Positions 1 to 9,040 of a DNA stretch of 64,000 nt are shown piece after piece. How positions within the stretch are numbered: position 1 is the first letter of the stretch; each line of letters begins with the position of its first letter. The notes under the pieces are model-generated. The model was not told the origin of the DNA and made no database searches. It saw only the letters and a list, made by a program, of their open reading frames with translations. Both the position numbers and the translations under genes were made by a program. The DNA lies in the IMG/VR virus record IMGVR_UViG_2974541498_000001, positions 32,001 to 96,000 of that record; one strand, written 5' to 3'. The DNA comes from a virus (lineage: Duplodnaviria > Caudoviricetes).

Positions 1-656
1 TTACTAACATCTTTATTTAGCTTATCCTCAAGATATTGTTTAATATCATTTGGAGTAGGTTCTTCCATACGGATAGCATACATAAATCTACCAGGTCGAT
101 TTAATAAGAAAGGTGATAATTCAACAATATCATTTACTGTTAGAACATAAATATTTTTACCTCCAAGAACACCATCAAACAAACTAAGTAGATCATTCTG
201 AGCGTCTTTATTAGGATCTGTATAGTCATCGCTAAACTTTTTCTCAAACTCATCGAATAGCATAACAGAGGGTTTATCTACTCGCGCTAAGAAATTAGTA
301 ACGCCTTTTTCATTATTTCCAACAACAATAGTGGGCATACCCAAGTCACGAGCCTTAATTGATAATAATTTAGAGAATACCGTCTTACCGGTTCCTTTAT
401 CCCCAGATAGAATTACCCCAATACTTTTTTCAGAATTTTTAAAAGCATTAATAACATTATCAACTAATCCTAATTGTGTCCCATAAGTTTTAAACGTAGG
501 CTTTTCAAACACCTTTGTTCGACTTAAATAGAACCCTACGCCACTCATCGGGTTTTCCCATTCTACAGAATAATTATTATCCATAGGTAAAGAATCAAAG
601 GCCTTAATCCCATTTGAGTGAATCAATAAATGTTTACCGTCATCTAAAATTTGCAT
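1..656 (-). CDS. AAA+ ATPase (3' end runs off window), paralog of 3764..4918
   Basis: Manual translation from ATG at 656: MQILDDGKHLL...GVILSGDKGTGKT (Walker A)...VMLFDEFEK (Walker B)...LLNRPGRF (Arg finger). Confidence 0.9.
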   Translation of the reverse strand, partial: MQILDDGKHLLIHSNGIKAFDSLPMDNNYSVEWENPMSGVGFYLSRTKVFEKPTFKTYGTQLGLVDNVINAFKNSEKSIGVILSGDKGTGKTVFSKLLSIKARDLGMPTIVVGNNEKGVTNFLARVDKPSVMLFDEFEKKFSDDYTDPNKDAQNDLLSLFDGVLGGKNIYVLTVNDIVELSPFLLNRPGRFMYAIRMEEPTPNDIKQYLEDKLNKDVS

Positions 657-658
657 AA

Positions 659-1063
659 TTAGCTAATCTCCTTTTCACGATGCTTTCTTCTTAGAGTTTC
701 AAACGGTGTTTCTTTCACGGGATCTTTATTCTTTTTCCTTTTCCTTAAATTTCTAATTCGAACATTAGATAGATTAGCCCTACCATACCCTCTCCTGTCT
801 AAATATAGACACTTTGTTTGACTAATAGGTCTAAATGAGAGAGAATTACCCATTTTCTCCCTAAGCTTTCTACATAAAAAGTTTTCTTCTTGATAGCTAT
901 CAAACTTAGGTATACGCCCCAAATAAAAGAAATAAGGGGGATCACTAATAGTATGAATTCTAAGAAAAGATTCTTTATCAAAATACAGTAGGTGCTCTGC
1001 ATAGTCTTTAGAACATGCTTCCCAGTTACCATTTTGATTTGTTATTTTTATGGCATATTGCAT
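659..1063 (-). CDS. hypothetical protein
   Basis: 134-aa ORF tightly packed in the minus-strand operon, with RBS. Confidence 0.7.
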   Translation of the reverse strand: MQYAIKITNQNGNWEACSKDYAEHLLYFDKESFLRIHTISDPPYFFYLGRIPKFDSYQEENFLCRKLREKMGNSLSFRPISQTKCLYLDRRGYGRANLSNVRIRNLRKRKKNKDPVKETPFETLRRKHREKEIS

Positions 1064-1064
1064 C

Positions 1065-1271
1065 TCATTTCTCCTTATAATAAATCAAATAAGTTTCCTT
1101 AACCTTTCCGAATAAATAAATGTATTTCTTATGATTAATCTTAGCAAGCTCTTCTATACCCCTAAGAGCTTCATCAGGGTCTTTTAAAGTGTTCGTATAC
1201 CAAGTATACCCTTTTGATTTAAACCAGTGTGAGGCGTCTCCTAGGGACTTAAATTCTTTAAAATTTGACAT
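1065..1271 (-). CDS. hypothetical protein
   Basis: 68-aa ORF, coupled to neighbours. Confidence 0.65.
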   Translation of the reverse strand: MSNFKEFKSLGDASHWFKSKGYTWYTNTLKDPDEALRGIEELAKINHKKYIYLFGKVKETYLIYYKEK

Positions 1272-1596
1272 TGATTCCCTCTAAAGTATTCTTATCCTGA
1301 TTAGTCTCCGGTTCATAACCTTTCTTAATTAAACTTTCAATATAATACTTATTATAAAGGTACCCTAGAGAAGTCCAATAAGCAAAGTATAGAATAAGGC
1401 AAGATAAGGGAGATACTGCCGAGGCAACAATAGATACCACAATATTTCCTGCTAGAATAATTAAAGCTCCGAGCCAATCCTTACGGAATAAAGCTGGAAT
1501 CATTCCAAAGAAAAAGGTTGTCCAAGAGAATCCTACTGGTGCCTGTACTTTATCCAAAATAGTTCCGTTCATAAATTTAACTAAATATACTTTCAT
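1258..1596 (-). CDS. membrane protein (DUF2628-like)
   Basis: APVGFSWTTFFFG..PALFRKDW motif, two TM segments, YN..Y...L.KKGY. Confidence 0.75.
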   Translation of the reverse strand: MKVYLVKFMNGTILDKVQAPVGFSWTTFFFGMIPALFRKDWLGALIILAGNIVVSIVASAVSPLSCLILYFAYWTSLGYLYNKYYIESLIKKGYEPETNQDKNTLEGINVKF

Positions 1597-1610
1597 AATT
1601 TTCTCCTTTT

Positions 1611-3179
1611 CTAAGCTGACTTAACAGTGCTTAATACATTAGAAACCTTACTATCTCTTTCATTAATTACCTTAACATAATTATCAGATAATTTCAAGAT
1701 ATCTTCTTTAAACTTCGCATGATATTCACTAGGATGCTTAATAGGAAGAACAGCGCTATACTTATCAAAATATTCCCAATTATTAGTAACTGCCCCACCA
1801 ATATTATTTTTATAAGAAATTCCTCGACTACTGCACCAAGTATATAATAATTGTTGTTGGAGTTCTGTAAGATCTGCATCAAAAGTACCATATGCCTGAA
1901 CTAAAGTATTATTATTAACTTCTACAGTAACCCAAGACTTATCAATGTCTGACTTCTTACGTAGGAATAGAATATTAGTCTTACCATCCGCAACAGACTT
2001 AGCGTAAGAAGCTACACAATTACTATTATTACTGCCTTCTTCTGAAATTTCATTTGCATTAAAAGCATCAATAATAAAGTATTCTCCAATCATAGCGTCA
2101 TACTTGCTTTGATTAGCTTTCCAATAGGCAGATACTTTATTATTAAGATTGCCATCTTGAAGAATACTATAATTTTGCGCAACCACATCATGTGCCGTTT
2201 TAAGATACCTTGGGTACTTAGGAGCATTTTTAAATTCCTCGGTCATATTATAGTAGTCATTAAGAATACCTGATGCTTCTTCTATACTAGGGATACCTTG
2301 TTGATGGTAACAGCTACCATATAAATACTTAAATAATCCTTTAACAGTTGTCTTATCATTATCAATAACTTTCCGAATATTGCTTACATAGTAGTCGTTT
2401 TTCCAAAAACTTGTAATTACAGCAAGGATATTATCCTTAATATATTCTTCCCCATCATGATAACCACGTTGCTTATCCACTTGAAGAACAGTGTTAATAA
2501 AGCTAGAAGCAGGTTTATTTAAAGCATCTGTTTTCCCTACATCTTTATAATATGTGGAGGATAAGTTTAACAGTCTGTTGATATAGTGTAAATTTAAAGT
2601 TAGAAGCCGTGTATAGATATCCTTATTAATGGAATTAAGAGCTTTATTAATTGTACCAAATTTTCTAGTGTTATCTACAATATTATAAAGATCCTCTGAT
2701 ATCCCATGAAGCCGATTGTTAAAGTTTTGATATGGATATAGTTCCTTAAACACTTGTTCAAAATTAGGATGCTTCTGAATTCCCCGATAAATACCTCTAC
2801 CAATGTTTTCTTCTTCATTATAGCTATCGCCATAGCAAATTCCCATGGAGTAAAACATATTAAGATCAATATTATCAGTATTACTAAAAGCATTACCATA
2901 ATCAAATAGCTTATTAAGGGTGGTCACAGACATCTTTAATCGTTTACCAGAAACTCCTTCAACAAAGAAACTTCTATTAACTAAATCAATAACAAACCCA
3001 AAGTATTTATATTTAGCCTTCCCATTTTCATACTCATTATATAATCGAGAAAAACCAGAGAATAAACCTTTTTCTTTTGTGTAGAACTTAATACTATACG
3101 TATCCGAGGAATAGTCGCAGTCACTATTAAGAAACTTATCAATAGCTACCTTTTTATCTTTAGCAGTAATATTTTTCAT
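1611..3179 (-). CDS. PcfJ-like domain protein
   Basis: C-terminal DYYNM..YP..LKTAHD...EEG....NCVASY....G..ILFLR....VTVEV pattern. Confidence 0.75.
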   Translation of the reverse strand: MKNITAKDKKVAIDKFLNSDCDYSSDTYSIKFYTKEKGLFSGFSRLYNEYENGKAKYKYFGFVIDLVNRSFFVEGVSGKRLKMSVTTLNKLFDYGNAFSNTDNIDLNMFYSMGICYGDSYNEEENIGRGIYRGIQKHPNFEQVFKELYPYQNFNNRLHGISEDLYNIVDNTRKFGTINKALNSINKDIYTRLLTLNLHYINRLLNLSSTYYKDVGKTDALNKPASSFINTVLQVDKQRGYHDGEEYIKDNILAVITSFWKNDYYVSNIRKVIDNDKTTVKGLFKYLYGSCYHQQGIPSIEEASGILNDYYNMTEEFKNAPKYPRYLKTAHDVVAQNYSILQDGNLNNKVSAYWKANQSKYDAMIGEYFIIDAFNANEISEEGSNNSNCVASYAKSVADGKTNILFLRKKSDIDKSWVTVEVNNNTLVQAYGTFDADLTELQQQLLYTWCSSRGISYKNNIGGAVTNNWEYFDKYSAVLPIKHPSEYHAKFKEDILKLSDNYVKVINERDSKVSNVLSTVKSA

Positions 3180-3203
3180 ACAAGCATCTCCTTTAATAAA
3201 CCA

Positions 3204-3242
3204 ATTATAGCATAATAAAAAGGAACGTCAATAGACATCCCC
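3204..3242 (-). promoter_or_regulatory. sigmaA-type promoter whose -35 lies in an intrinsic terminator hairpin
   Basis: minus strand GGGGATGTC-TATT-GACGTTCC-TTTTT containing TTGACG, followed by TG-C-TATAAT. Confidence 0.65.
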
Positions 3243-3250
3243 AATTTAAT

Positions 3251-3751
3251 TTAAAAATTATATAACATTTCTTGAGTTCTCATAGGGAATCCAAGGCTAT
3301 CTGGGGTAACTTGATACACTTCTGGATACTTTTCTTTATCATCCTTAGTATATCCCTTAGCTTCTTTAAACTTTTCTTCAAGATCGGTTGTATCCATATC
3401 AAGGGTTTTTATATTGAAAACCATGGTAGCAAATTCAAAATACGTTTTTAATATATCAATAATAACATAAGTTTTATACTGATTAATATAAACGCTTCCT
3501 GGGCGTGGGATACCATAATATTTATAGTCTGGAGTAAGTCGAATAGTCATATCTTGACTTCTATTAACTTCTACTTCATCACTAATTAATAGGGTATATT
3601 CATGCTTAATAGTAGGATCAATTTGTGTAACTTCCTGATCCAAAATATAAATGACTACATATGCTTTATCATCTAATACAACAATATCCCCTCTAGAAAC
3701 CGTATCTTGATAACCTGTTATTTCTTCTGTTCTTACAATATAATGATCCAA
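3251..3751 (-). CDS. hypothetical protein
   Basis: 166-aa ORF with TTG start and RBS. Confidence 0.7.
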   Translation of the reverse strand: MDHYIVRTEEITGYQDTVSRGDIVVLDDKAYVVIYILDQEVTQIDPTIKHEYTLLISDEVEVNRSQDMTIRLTPDYKYYGIPRPGSVYINQYKTYVIIDILKTYFEFATMVFNIKTLDMDTTDLEEKFKEAKGYTKDDKEKYPEVYQVTPDSLGFPMRTQEMLYNF

Positions 3752-3763
3752 GTTTATACCCCC

Positions 3764-4918
3764 TTAAAAGGCCATTTTATTATACTTTTGATAAGGTTCA
3801 ATCTTAATGAAGGATAAAATATCCTTTAGATTATCAGACATATAACGGTTAGTAGTCGTTAAGTCCTTTACATTAATAATTAAATCCCCTTCCTTTTCAT
3901 GCAAACTATTCAGAGGAGCATTTAGAACCATAGAGAATTCTGAATCCCCATCTAAACTATCCTTAACCTCTTTTGATAAGGGAACATCATTAGTAGCAAA
4001 AGTTAAGTCCAAGGCAATAGGATTACCTGATAGATCACAGGAATTCCACCCATGATCCTTTAATCCATGGAACGGAATAACCTTATTGTTGCTTAAATGT
4101 ACTTCTACATTATATAGCATTTCATTATTTTCTTGGTCAATATTCAAGTCATTAATAACATCCTTAAAGTCGCCACCCATGTTAAGCTCGAAGGCGATAG
4201 CAGTTAAGCAATCAAAGTTTAACCGAATACGCTTGCTAAATAAGGCAACTTCTGGAATTTGGTCCCAATACTGCTTATCTAGCTTATCCTTCAAGAAGTC
4301 AGATAGTTCTTTTTCTTCAGGGTAATTGAACTTAAAATGGTAGTGGAAACGACCAGGACGATTTAATAAATATTCACTAATAAGATAAGTCTTATTGAGT
4401 GTAATAACAAATAGCTTCTTTCCTCGGCTAGTCCCGTCAAAAACGGGTAATAGCATATCTTGAGTAGTAGGTAATTCATCATCAGAATCTCCATCTTCAT
4501 CTTGTGGGAATACCTTATCAAATTCATCAAATAAGACCATTACTTCTTGGTCGATACTTTGAATAAAATCAGGTAGCCCCGGAGTTGACTGAGTTACTAG
4601 AATAACTGGGATATTATTACTAATACACTTTTCTGCTAGTACTCGGGCGAATAGTGATTTACCAATACCCTTAGCACCACTTAGCATAATACCAAAATTT
4701 TTATTAGATTTGTTAAATGACTTCATGACTTTATTAGACTTTTCCTGTTGATCCCCGTAAACTTTTGTTTTTACTTCAAGATCCTTAATCTTTGATAAAG
4801 AATATCCAGTCTTACTATTAAAGTTAATTCGATAAGTCCCTGTGGGCAAGTTAGTAAGAGAGTTAATAACATCTCCCTCAAAAATAGTATAAACGTTGTC
4901 TTGTTGAATAATTTGCAT
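3764..4918 (-). CDS. AAA+ ATPase
   Basis: GIMLSGAKGIGKS, VLFDEFDK, LLNRPGRF. Confidence 0.9.
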   Translation of the reverse strand: MQIIQQDNVYTIFEGDVINSLTNLPTGTYRINFNSKTGYSLSKIKDLEVKTKVYGDQQEKSNKVMKSFNKSNKNFGIMLSGAKGIGKSLFARVLAEKCISNNIPVILVTQSTPGLPDFIQSIDQEVMVLFDEFDKVFPQDEDGDSDDELPTTQDMLLPVFDGTSRGKKLFVITLNKTYLISEYLLNRPGRFHYHFKFNYPEEKELSDFLKDKLDKQYWDQIPEVALFSKRIRLNFDCLTAIAFELNMGGDFKDVINDLNIDQENNEMLYNVEVHLSNNKVIPFHGLKDHGWNSCDLSGNPIALDLTFATNDVPLSKEVKDSLDGDSEFSMVLNAPLNSLHEKEGDLIINVKDLTTTNRYMSDNLKDILSFIKIEPYQKYNKMAF

Positions 4919-4962
4919 ATCTATTTCTCCTTTATTTTAGGATTAACCTAATTAATATATTT

Positions 4963-5017
4963 ATTATAGCATTTAAAGCAATAATAGTCAATAAAAAATC
5001 CCCAACTAAGGGGATTT
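4963..5017 (-). promoter_or_regulatory. terminator followed by sigmaA-type promoter
   Basis: hairpin AAATCCCC/GGGGATTT plus T-run, then TTGACT-17bp-TATAAT with extended TG. Confidence 0.7.
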
Positions 5018-5022
5018 AATAA

Positions 5023-6066
5023 TTATACATCAAACACATTTTTTAAATAAAATGCGTTACTATCATCAGAAGTGTAAATAACAAACGCTTTATTACCAGT
5101 TGTGAAGAAATAATATTGTAAACGTTCATTATTAGACTTCAATTTATTTAATTCAAAATCTTCTTTTTCATCAGTCACTAGCATTCTATCTAAGGAAATC
5201 GAGTAGGGTAACTGGTTATCCCCATCAAGGGGAGTTTTATCATATAGTGGGAATCTTTTATCCAATAGAGTGAAGTGATCTTCTTCTGGGAATTTACTAA
5301 TAATATATTTTACACCATCAACATAATAATGATAATATTTAGGGTCAATAAAGGTACCATTATTAGCATCTGATAATAAATCATATCCCACCTCTGCGTC
5401 ATCCATGTAAGGAATTTTTACAACCATTTCCTTTAAGAATACTCGCCCATTTTGTGGGTCATCTTCAATAGGACATCCTTCATCATAAGAATCTTTAAGG
5501 GGCTTATTACTATTATAACGATTATAGGCATCCTTTAAATAGTCTGTAATATCTTGAGTTGACATATCTTTACTAAAAGCATCATTAAAGGCTTCTGTGA
5601 AGTGTGTAACATCCCCTGGAAGTAACCCATAAACAAGAACATTCCCATCTTTATCAATATCTACCTCAGCGTCTTCTAAACCCCAATCATAGAGATTATC
5701 GGAAATATCATCGGCTTCTTTAATGTCTAAAGCAAATACGCTAACAGAATCTTCGGAGCTGTCATCATTATCTGACTCTTCTAAATTATCTGAATCTTCT
5801 AATTCAGATTCGTCAATTCCAAAAGCCTTAGCATACATGTTAGTCACATATTTTAGAAATTCATTGGCTTCTTCTAAGTCTTTATTTAATTCAGTAGCTG
5901 ATTTCTTACTACTATTCTTTCCGTCCTTAGTAGGACCCTTTGCACTAGAATCATCTAACATATTAATAATGTTATTTGCACTAGATGACTGATTAGAGTC
6001 CATAGGGGTGCTATCGAGATATTTCTTTAGAAGATCCTTTAATTGATTCTTTTCTTGTTTTTCCAT
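5023..6066 (-). CDS. acidic hypothetical protein
   Basis: 347-aa ORF with D/E/S-rich linker and GGAGG RBS. Confidence 0.75.
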   Translation of the reverse strand: MEKQEKNQLKDLLKKYLDSTPMDSNQSSSANNIINMLDDSSAKGPTKDGKNSSKKSATELNKDLEEANEFLKYVTNMYAKAFGIDESELEDSDNLEESDNDDSSEDSVSVFALDIKEADDISDNLYDWGLEDAEVDIDKDGNVLVYGLLPGDVTHFTEAFNDAFSKDMSTQDITDYLKDAYNRYNSNKPLKDSYDEGCPIEDDPQNGRVFLKEMVVKIPYMDDAEVGYDLLSDANNGTFIDPKYYHYYVDGVKYIISKFPEEDHFTLLDKRFPLYDKTPLDGDNQLPYSISLDRMLVTDEKEDFELNKLKSNNERLQYYFFTTGNKAFVIYTSDDSNAFYLKNVFDV

Positions 6067-6075
6067 GATTTCCTC

Positions 6076-6408
6076 CTAATTAAACGAAACAATACCAATA
6101 GACTTTTCAACCTGATTACCAGCAAGCTTTTCTTTATAAATAGACAAATTCATGCCAAGTTTATCAGTAATCTTTTCTAATAAATCCAGATTATTATTTA
6201 AAATATCTGACAATTCTTCATACTTATTATAGTCATTTAAGCTTAATTCCTGCTTATTTACATGCTTATAATAAGCTTCTTTATATTCATCAAAAGATAA
6301 AGGAATATCACTCATAATAAAGTTAAGTCCTTTACCCCCAAATAACTGATTGAAATAGTTAATCTTAGAAAATTCCTGTAGTGCTTCTTCTTTTTCCATT
6401 ACTGACAT
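6076..6408 (-). CDS. hypothetical protein
   Basis: 110-aa ORF in operon. Confidence 0.7.
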   Translation of the reverse strand: MSVMEKEEALQEFSKINYFNQLFGGKGLNFIMSDIPLSFDEYKEAYYKHVNKQELSLNDYNKYEELSDILNNNLDLLEKITDKLGMNLSIYKEKLAGNQVEKSIGIVSFN

Positions 6409-6412
6409 CTCC

Positions 6413-6754
6413 TTAGTTATTGCTACCGATAACTAGTTTCGCTGGAACTTTATACCATAATTTATCTACATAAAAAAGGAAATTTTTGTTGTGAATCTTA
6501 TTATCCTTTAAAGAGAATACAGGGATTACCATATTATCCATACTACGAGAGTTATCTTCCGTATCTTTAAAAAATGAAGGAAGAATAATTACTGTTTCTC
6601 CCGTTTTGTTGTTATGCATAACATCCCCGGAGTGGAACTTCTCATCTTCAATCTCTCTAGTGATTTGACTTTCTTTAGCTCCTAAATTGCTTACTACTTT
6701 CATTGCTAGCATCTCCTTAGTTATTATACTAACAGGTATTCCAATAGTTGTCAA
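6413..6754 (-). CDS. hypothetical protein (start may be downstream)
   Basis: ORF in operon; AAGGAG RBS precedes internal MLAMK. Confidence 0.6.
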   Translation of the reverse strand: MTTIGIPVSIITKEMLAMKVVSNLGAKESQITREIEDEKFHSGDVMHNNKTGETVIILPSFFKDTEDNSRSMDNMVIPVFSLKDNKIHNKNFLFYVDKLWYKVPAKLVIGSNN

Positions 6755-6757
6755 TGA

Positions 6758-7402
6758 TTAATCAGTACTTCCGAATCCACCAGTTCTATCACCATCAGCA
6801 GAATCATCATCTGTAAGATAATACTTCTGAAAAATACCTTGGCCTAACTTATCCCCAGCATGAATAACATAAGGAAAAGTTGAAATATTATACCAAGGAA
6901 ATTTAATAGTTCCCGGATAATCTGCATCAACTACCCCAGATCCATTAGCCAATACTAACCCTTTTTTAGAAGGATTGCTTGATCGGTTATACATAATTAA
7001 TGTCATATCTTCTGGCATATTAACCTTAATACCTGTATCTACTAATACTGGGGAAACAGCCTTGCTTAATACATCATAATAGCGACTAATATATCCGGAT
7101 AATACAGAATCCTTTGGAACAACCTTATCAATTTCTTCCTTTGCTACTAGATATAGCATAGAAAGATTAATTCCCTGCTCTGTTAATTTTGAACTTAAAC
7201 TAGTTAGCTCTGGTCCAATATCATTAAACTCTTTTTGAGATAAAGATGCTAAAAAGTTCTTGAAGTTGTCTAGCCCTAACATTGGCGGGATTACTTTATC
7301 CTCTGTAGAATAGAAGTCATAACCCGCAGAATACTTTGTTGCTCTTTCTGGTAAAATAGCCTTATCATTATCTGATTCAAAATAAATTTTATTACTAATC
7401 AT
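6758..7402 (-). CDS. dut: trimeric dUTPase with internal insertion
   Basis: SAGYDF (motif 1), RSS (2), GVVDADYPG (3), KLGQGIF (4), RTGGFGST (5); likely start ATG 7402 after GGAGG. Confidence 0.93.
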   Translation of the reverse strand: MISNKIYFESDNDKAILPERATKYSAGYDFYSTEDKVIPPMLGLDNFKNFLASLSQKEFNDIGPELTSLSSKLTEQGINLSMLYLVAKEEIDKVVPKDSVLSGYISRYYDVLSKAVSPVLVDTGIKVNMPEDMTLIMYNRSSNPSKKGLVLANGSGVVDADYPGTIKFPWYNISTFPYVIHAGDKLGQGIFQKYYLTDDDSADGDRTGGFGSTD

Positions 7403-7673
7403 TTTCTTCCTCCTTGATATGATTATATAAGTTTTCAAACTCAGTATCAATATTAGATACTTCAATGGCAAGCTTATTAATATCTGTAATATCCTTTTTA
7501 TCCTTCAAGGTATCTTTAGCCATATACTGAATAGCTTGGGCTAATGTATTAAAATAACGATTACTTGCTGATGAAAAGATATATTTATTAGCCTTTTTGC
7601 TAAATATCTTCTTAGTAATGATATAATTATAAGGATCTGTAGTAATCCGATAATTTTCATATTCTAAATTCAT
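7395..7673 (-). CDS. hypothetical protein
   Basis: 92-aa ORF with strong AAGGAGG RBS directly after a promoter. Confidence 0.75.
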   Translation of the reverse strand: MNLEYENYRITTDPYNYIITKKIFSKKANKYIFSSASNRYFNTLAQAIQYMAKDTLKDKKDITDINKLAIEVSNIDTEFENLYNHIKEEEND

Positions 7674-7694
7674 AACAATCCCTCCTTTTGTTTT

Positions 7695-7735
7695 ATTATA
7701 TAATAAAAATAGAGGACTGTCAATCCTCTCTTTTT
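7695..7735 (-). promoter_or_regulatory. terminator hairpin carrying -35 of a sigmaA promoter
   Basis: AGAGGA-TTGACAG-TCCTCT-ATTTTT; TTGACA-17bp-TATAAT; identical 19-mer at 22592..22610. Confidence 0.75.
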
Positions 7736-7743
7736 ATTAATTC

Positions 7744-7848
7744 CTATGCTATGCTATGCCTTCCTAGATATTTGGTAAACCCGTCTGCTTCGGTATTCTG
7801 GTAAGCCGTAATGTACCCGTCCTTGTCATACGTGATATAAATATACAT
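7744..7848 (-). pseudogene. 34-aa truncated remnant of a fibre-associated (chaperone-like) gene
   Basis: MYIYITYDKDGYITAYQNTEADGFTK then degenerates into GCATA repeats; RBS present; directly after the fibre-like gene. Confidence 0.5.
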
Positions 7849-7861
7849 TTTATTATCCTTT

Positions 7862-9025
7862 CTATACTAATTCGTCATAGGTTATATAAGATAGAGAGCC
7901 GTTGCCAATATCATTTACTATACCCGCAGTTCCGCTATTCAATGAAAAAACGATACTAGTGGGTGTTCTAATATCTGCATCAATAAGGGTCCAATTAGAA
8001 TATCCAGATTTAAGCCCCAAATAACGCACATGTCCACCAGTAACTGTTTTAACAATGCTGTTGAGATTAACAGTTGCATTTACTAAGTTTTGGCTCATCG
8101 TTAAAACGGATCCTTGAATATATAGTTTCTTATTAACATCATCAACTTTATATAAAATAGTGGTATTGGGGCTTACCGTAGCACCCGTGACTGTTTGAAC
8201 GTATTTGTTGTCTAGCTGACGCCAAGCACTGTCTTCAATGCTTTTTAAATCAGCCGCGGTTGCGACATCGACACCTCCTGATTGCAATCCCGAAGTAAAG
8301 TTTGCGGCTTTAGTAGTATCTGCCATATTAGCCGTAGCGGCGTTAATAGCGGTTGTAACATCTGTTTTAGATGCCATTGCGGTTGAATTAGGTACTCGCC
8401 AACCAAACCACTTACCTGTCGGAGGATTGCCCGAATAGGTATTAACTAATTGGGAAGCATTGGTATCGGTAATCGTCACATTTTTCCCATCCATTGGTTG
8501 GTTGCCTACCGTTTTTACTACGACAGTGGACCATGGTGATAACGCTGGATAATTATTAGGCTTAACTCCCCACGTATAGTAAGTCCCGGGGTCTAAAGCT
8601 AGTACATCATCGTTGGCCGTTAGCGTTTTCTTAATCATTACCCTTGGGTCAATTGCTGAGGTATCTGCTTTGGTTGCTAATTGGTCCTTAGTGGGATAAT
8701 TACTTAGGTCAACAGGCGGTACACTATCTTCAGTTATATATGGTTTTCCGTTTGCTTTGTTTATTGGTGCTATATCAAAAGTATTCTTACCGGTAAACTC
8801 ATTATCTAATGGGAGTATATTTGGGCTACTATTATTTATAAGATTATATAGCTTACTAGCATCTACCATTATGGCACCAACAGTAAAAGTGCCATCCCCA
8901 TTGTCCGTAACTTTATTATCATTAAAGAAGTCTATTAGCTGAGAAAAATTTGATCCCAAGGCTTTCTCATTATCTTGAAATAGGGCTTTTAAATCCGCTA
9001 TACTTTCCGGTGTTATTTTAGCCAT
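7862..9025 (-). CDS. fibre/receptor-binding-like virion protein
   Basis: LDPGTYY...NYP pyocin-knob-like segment, modules shared with 9041..11251, beta-rich C-terminus. Confidence 0.65.
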   Translation of the reverse strand: MAKITPESIADLKALFQDNEKALGSNFSQLIDFFNDNKVTDNGDGTFTVGAIMVDASKLYNLINNSSPNILPLDNEFTGKNTFDIAPINKANGKPYITEDSVPPVDLSNYPTKDQLATKADTSAIDPRVMIKKTLTANDDVLALDPGTYYTWGVKPNNYPALSPWSTVVVKTVGNQPMDGKNVTITDTNASQLVNTYSGNPPTGKWFGWRVPNSTAMASKTDVTTAINAATANMADTTKAANFTSGLQSGGVDVATAADLKSIEDSAWRQLDNKYVQTVTGATVSPNTTILYKVDDVNKKLYIQGSVLTMSQNLVNATVNLNSIVKTVTGGHVRYLGLKSGYSNWTLIDADIRTPTSIVFSLNSGTAGIVNDIGNGSLSYITYDELV

Positions 9026-9040
9026 TATATCTTCCTTTCT

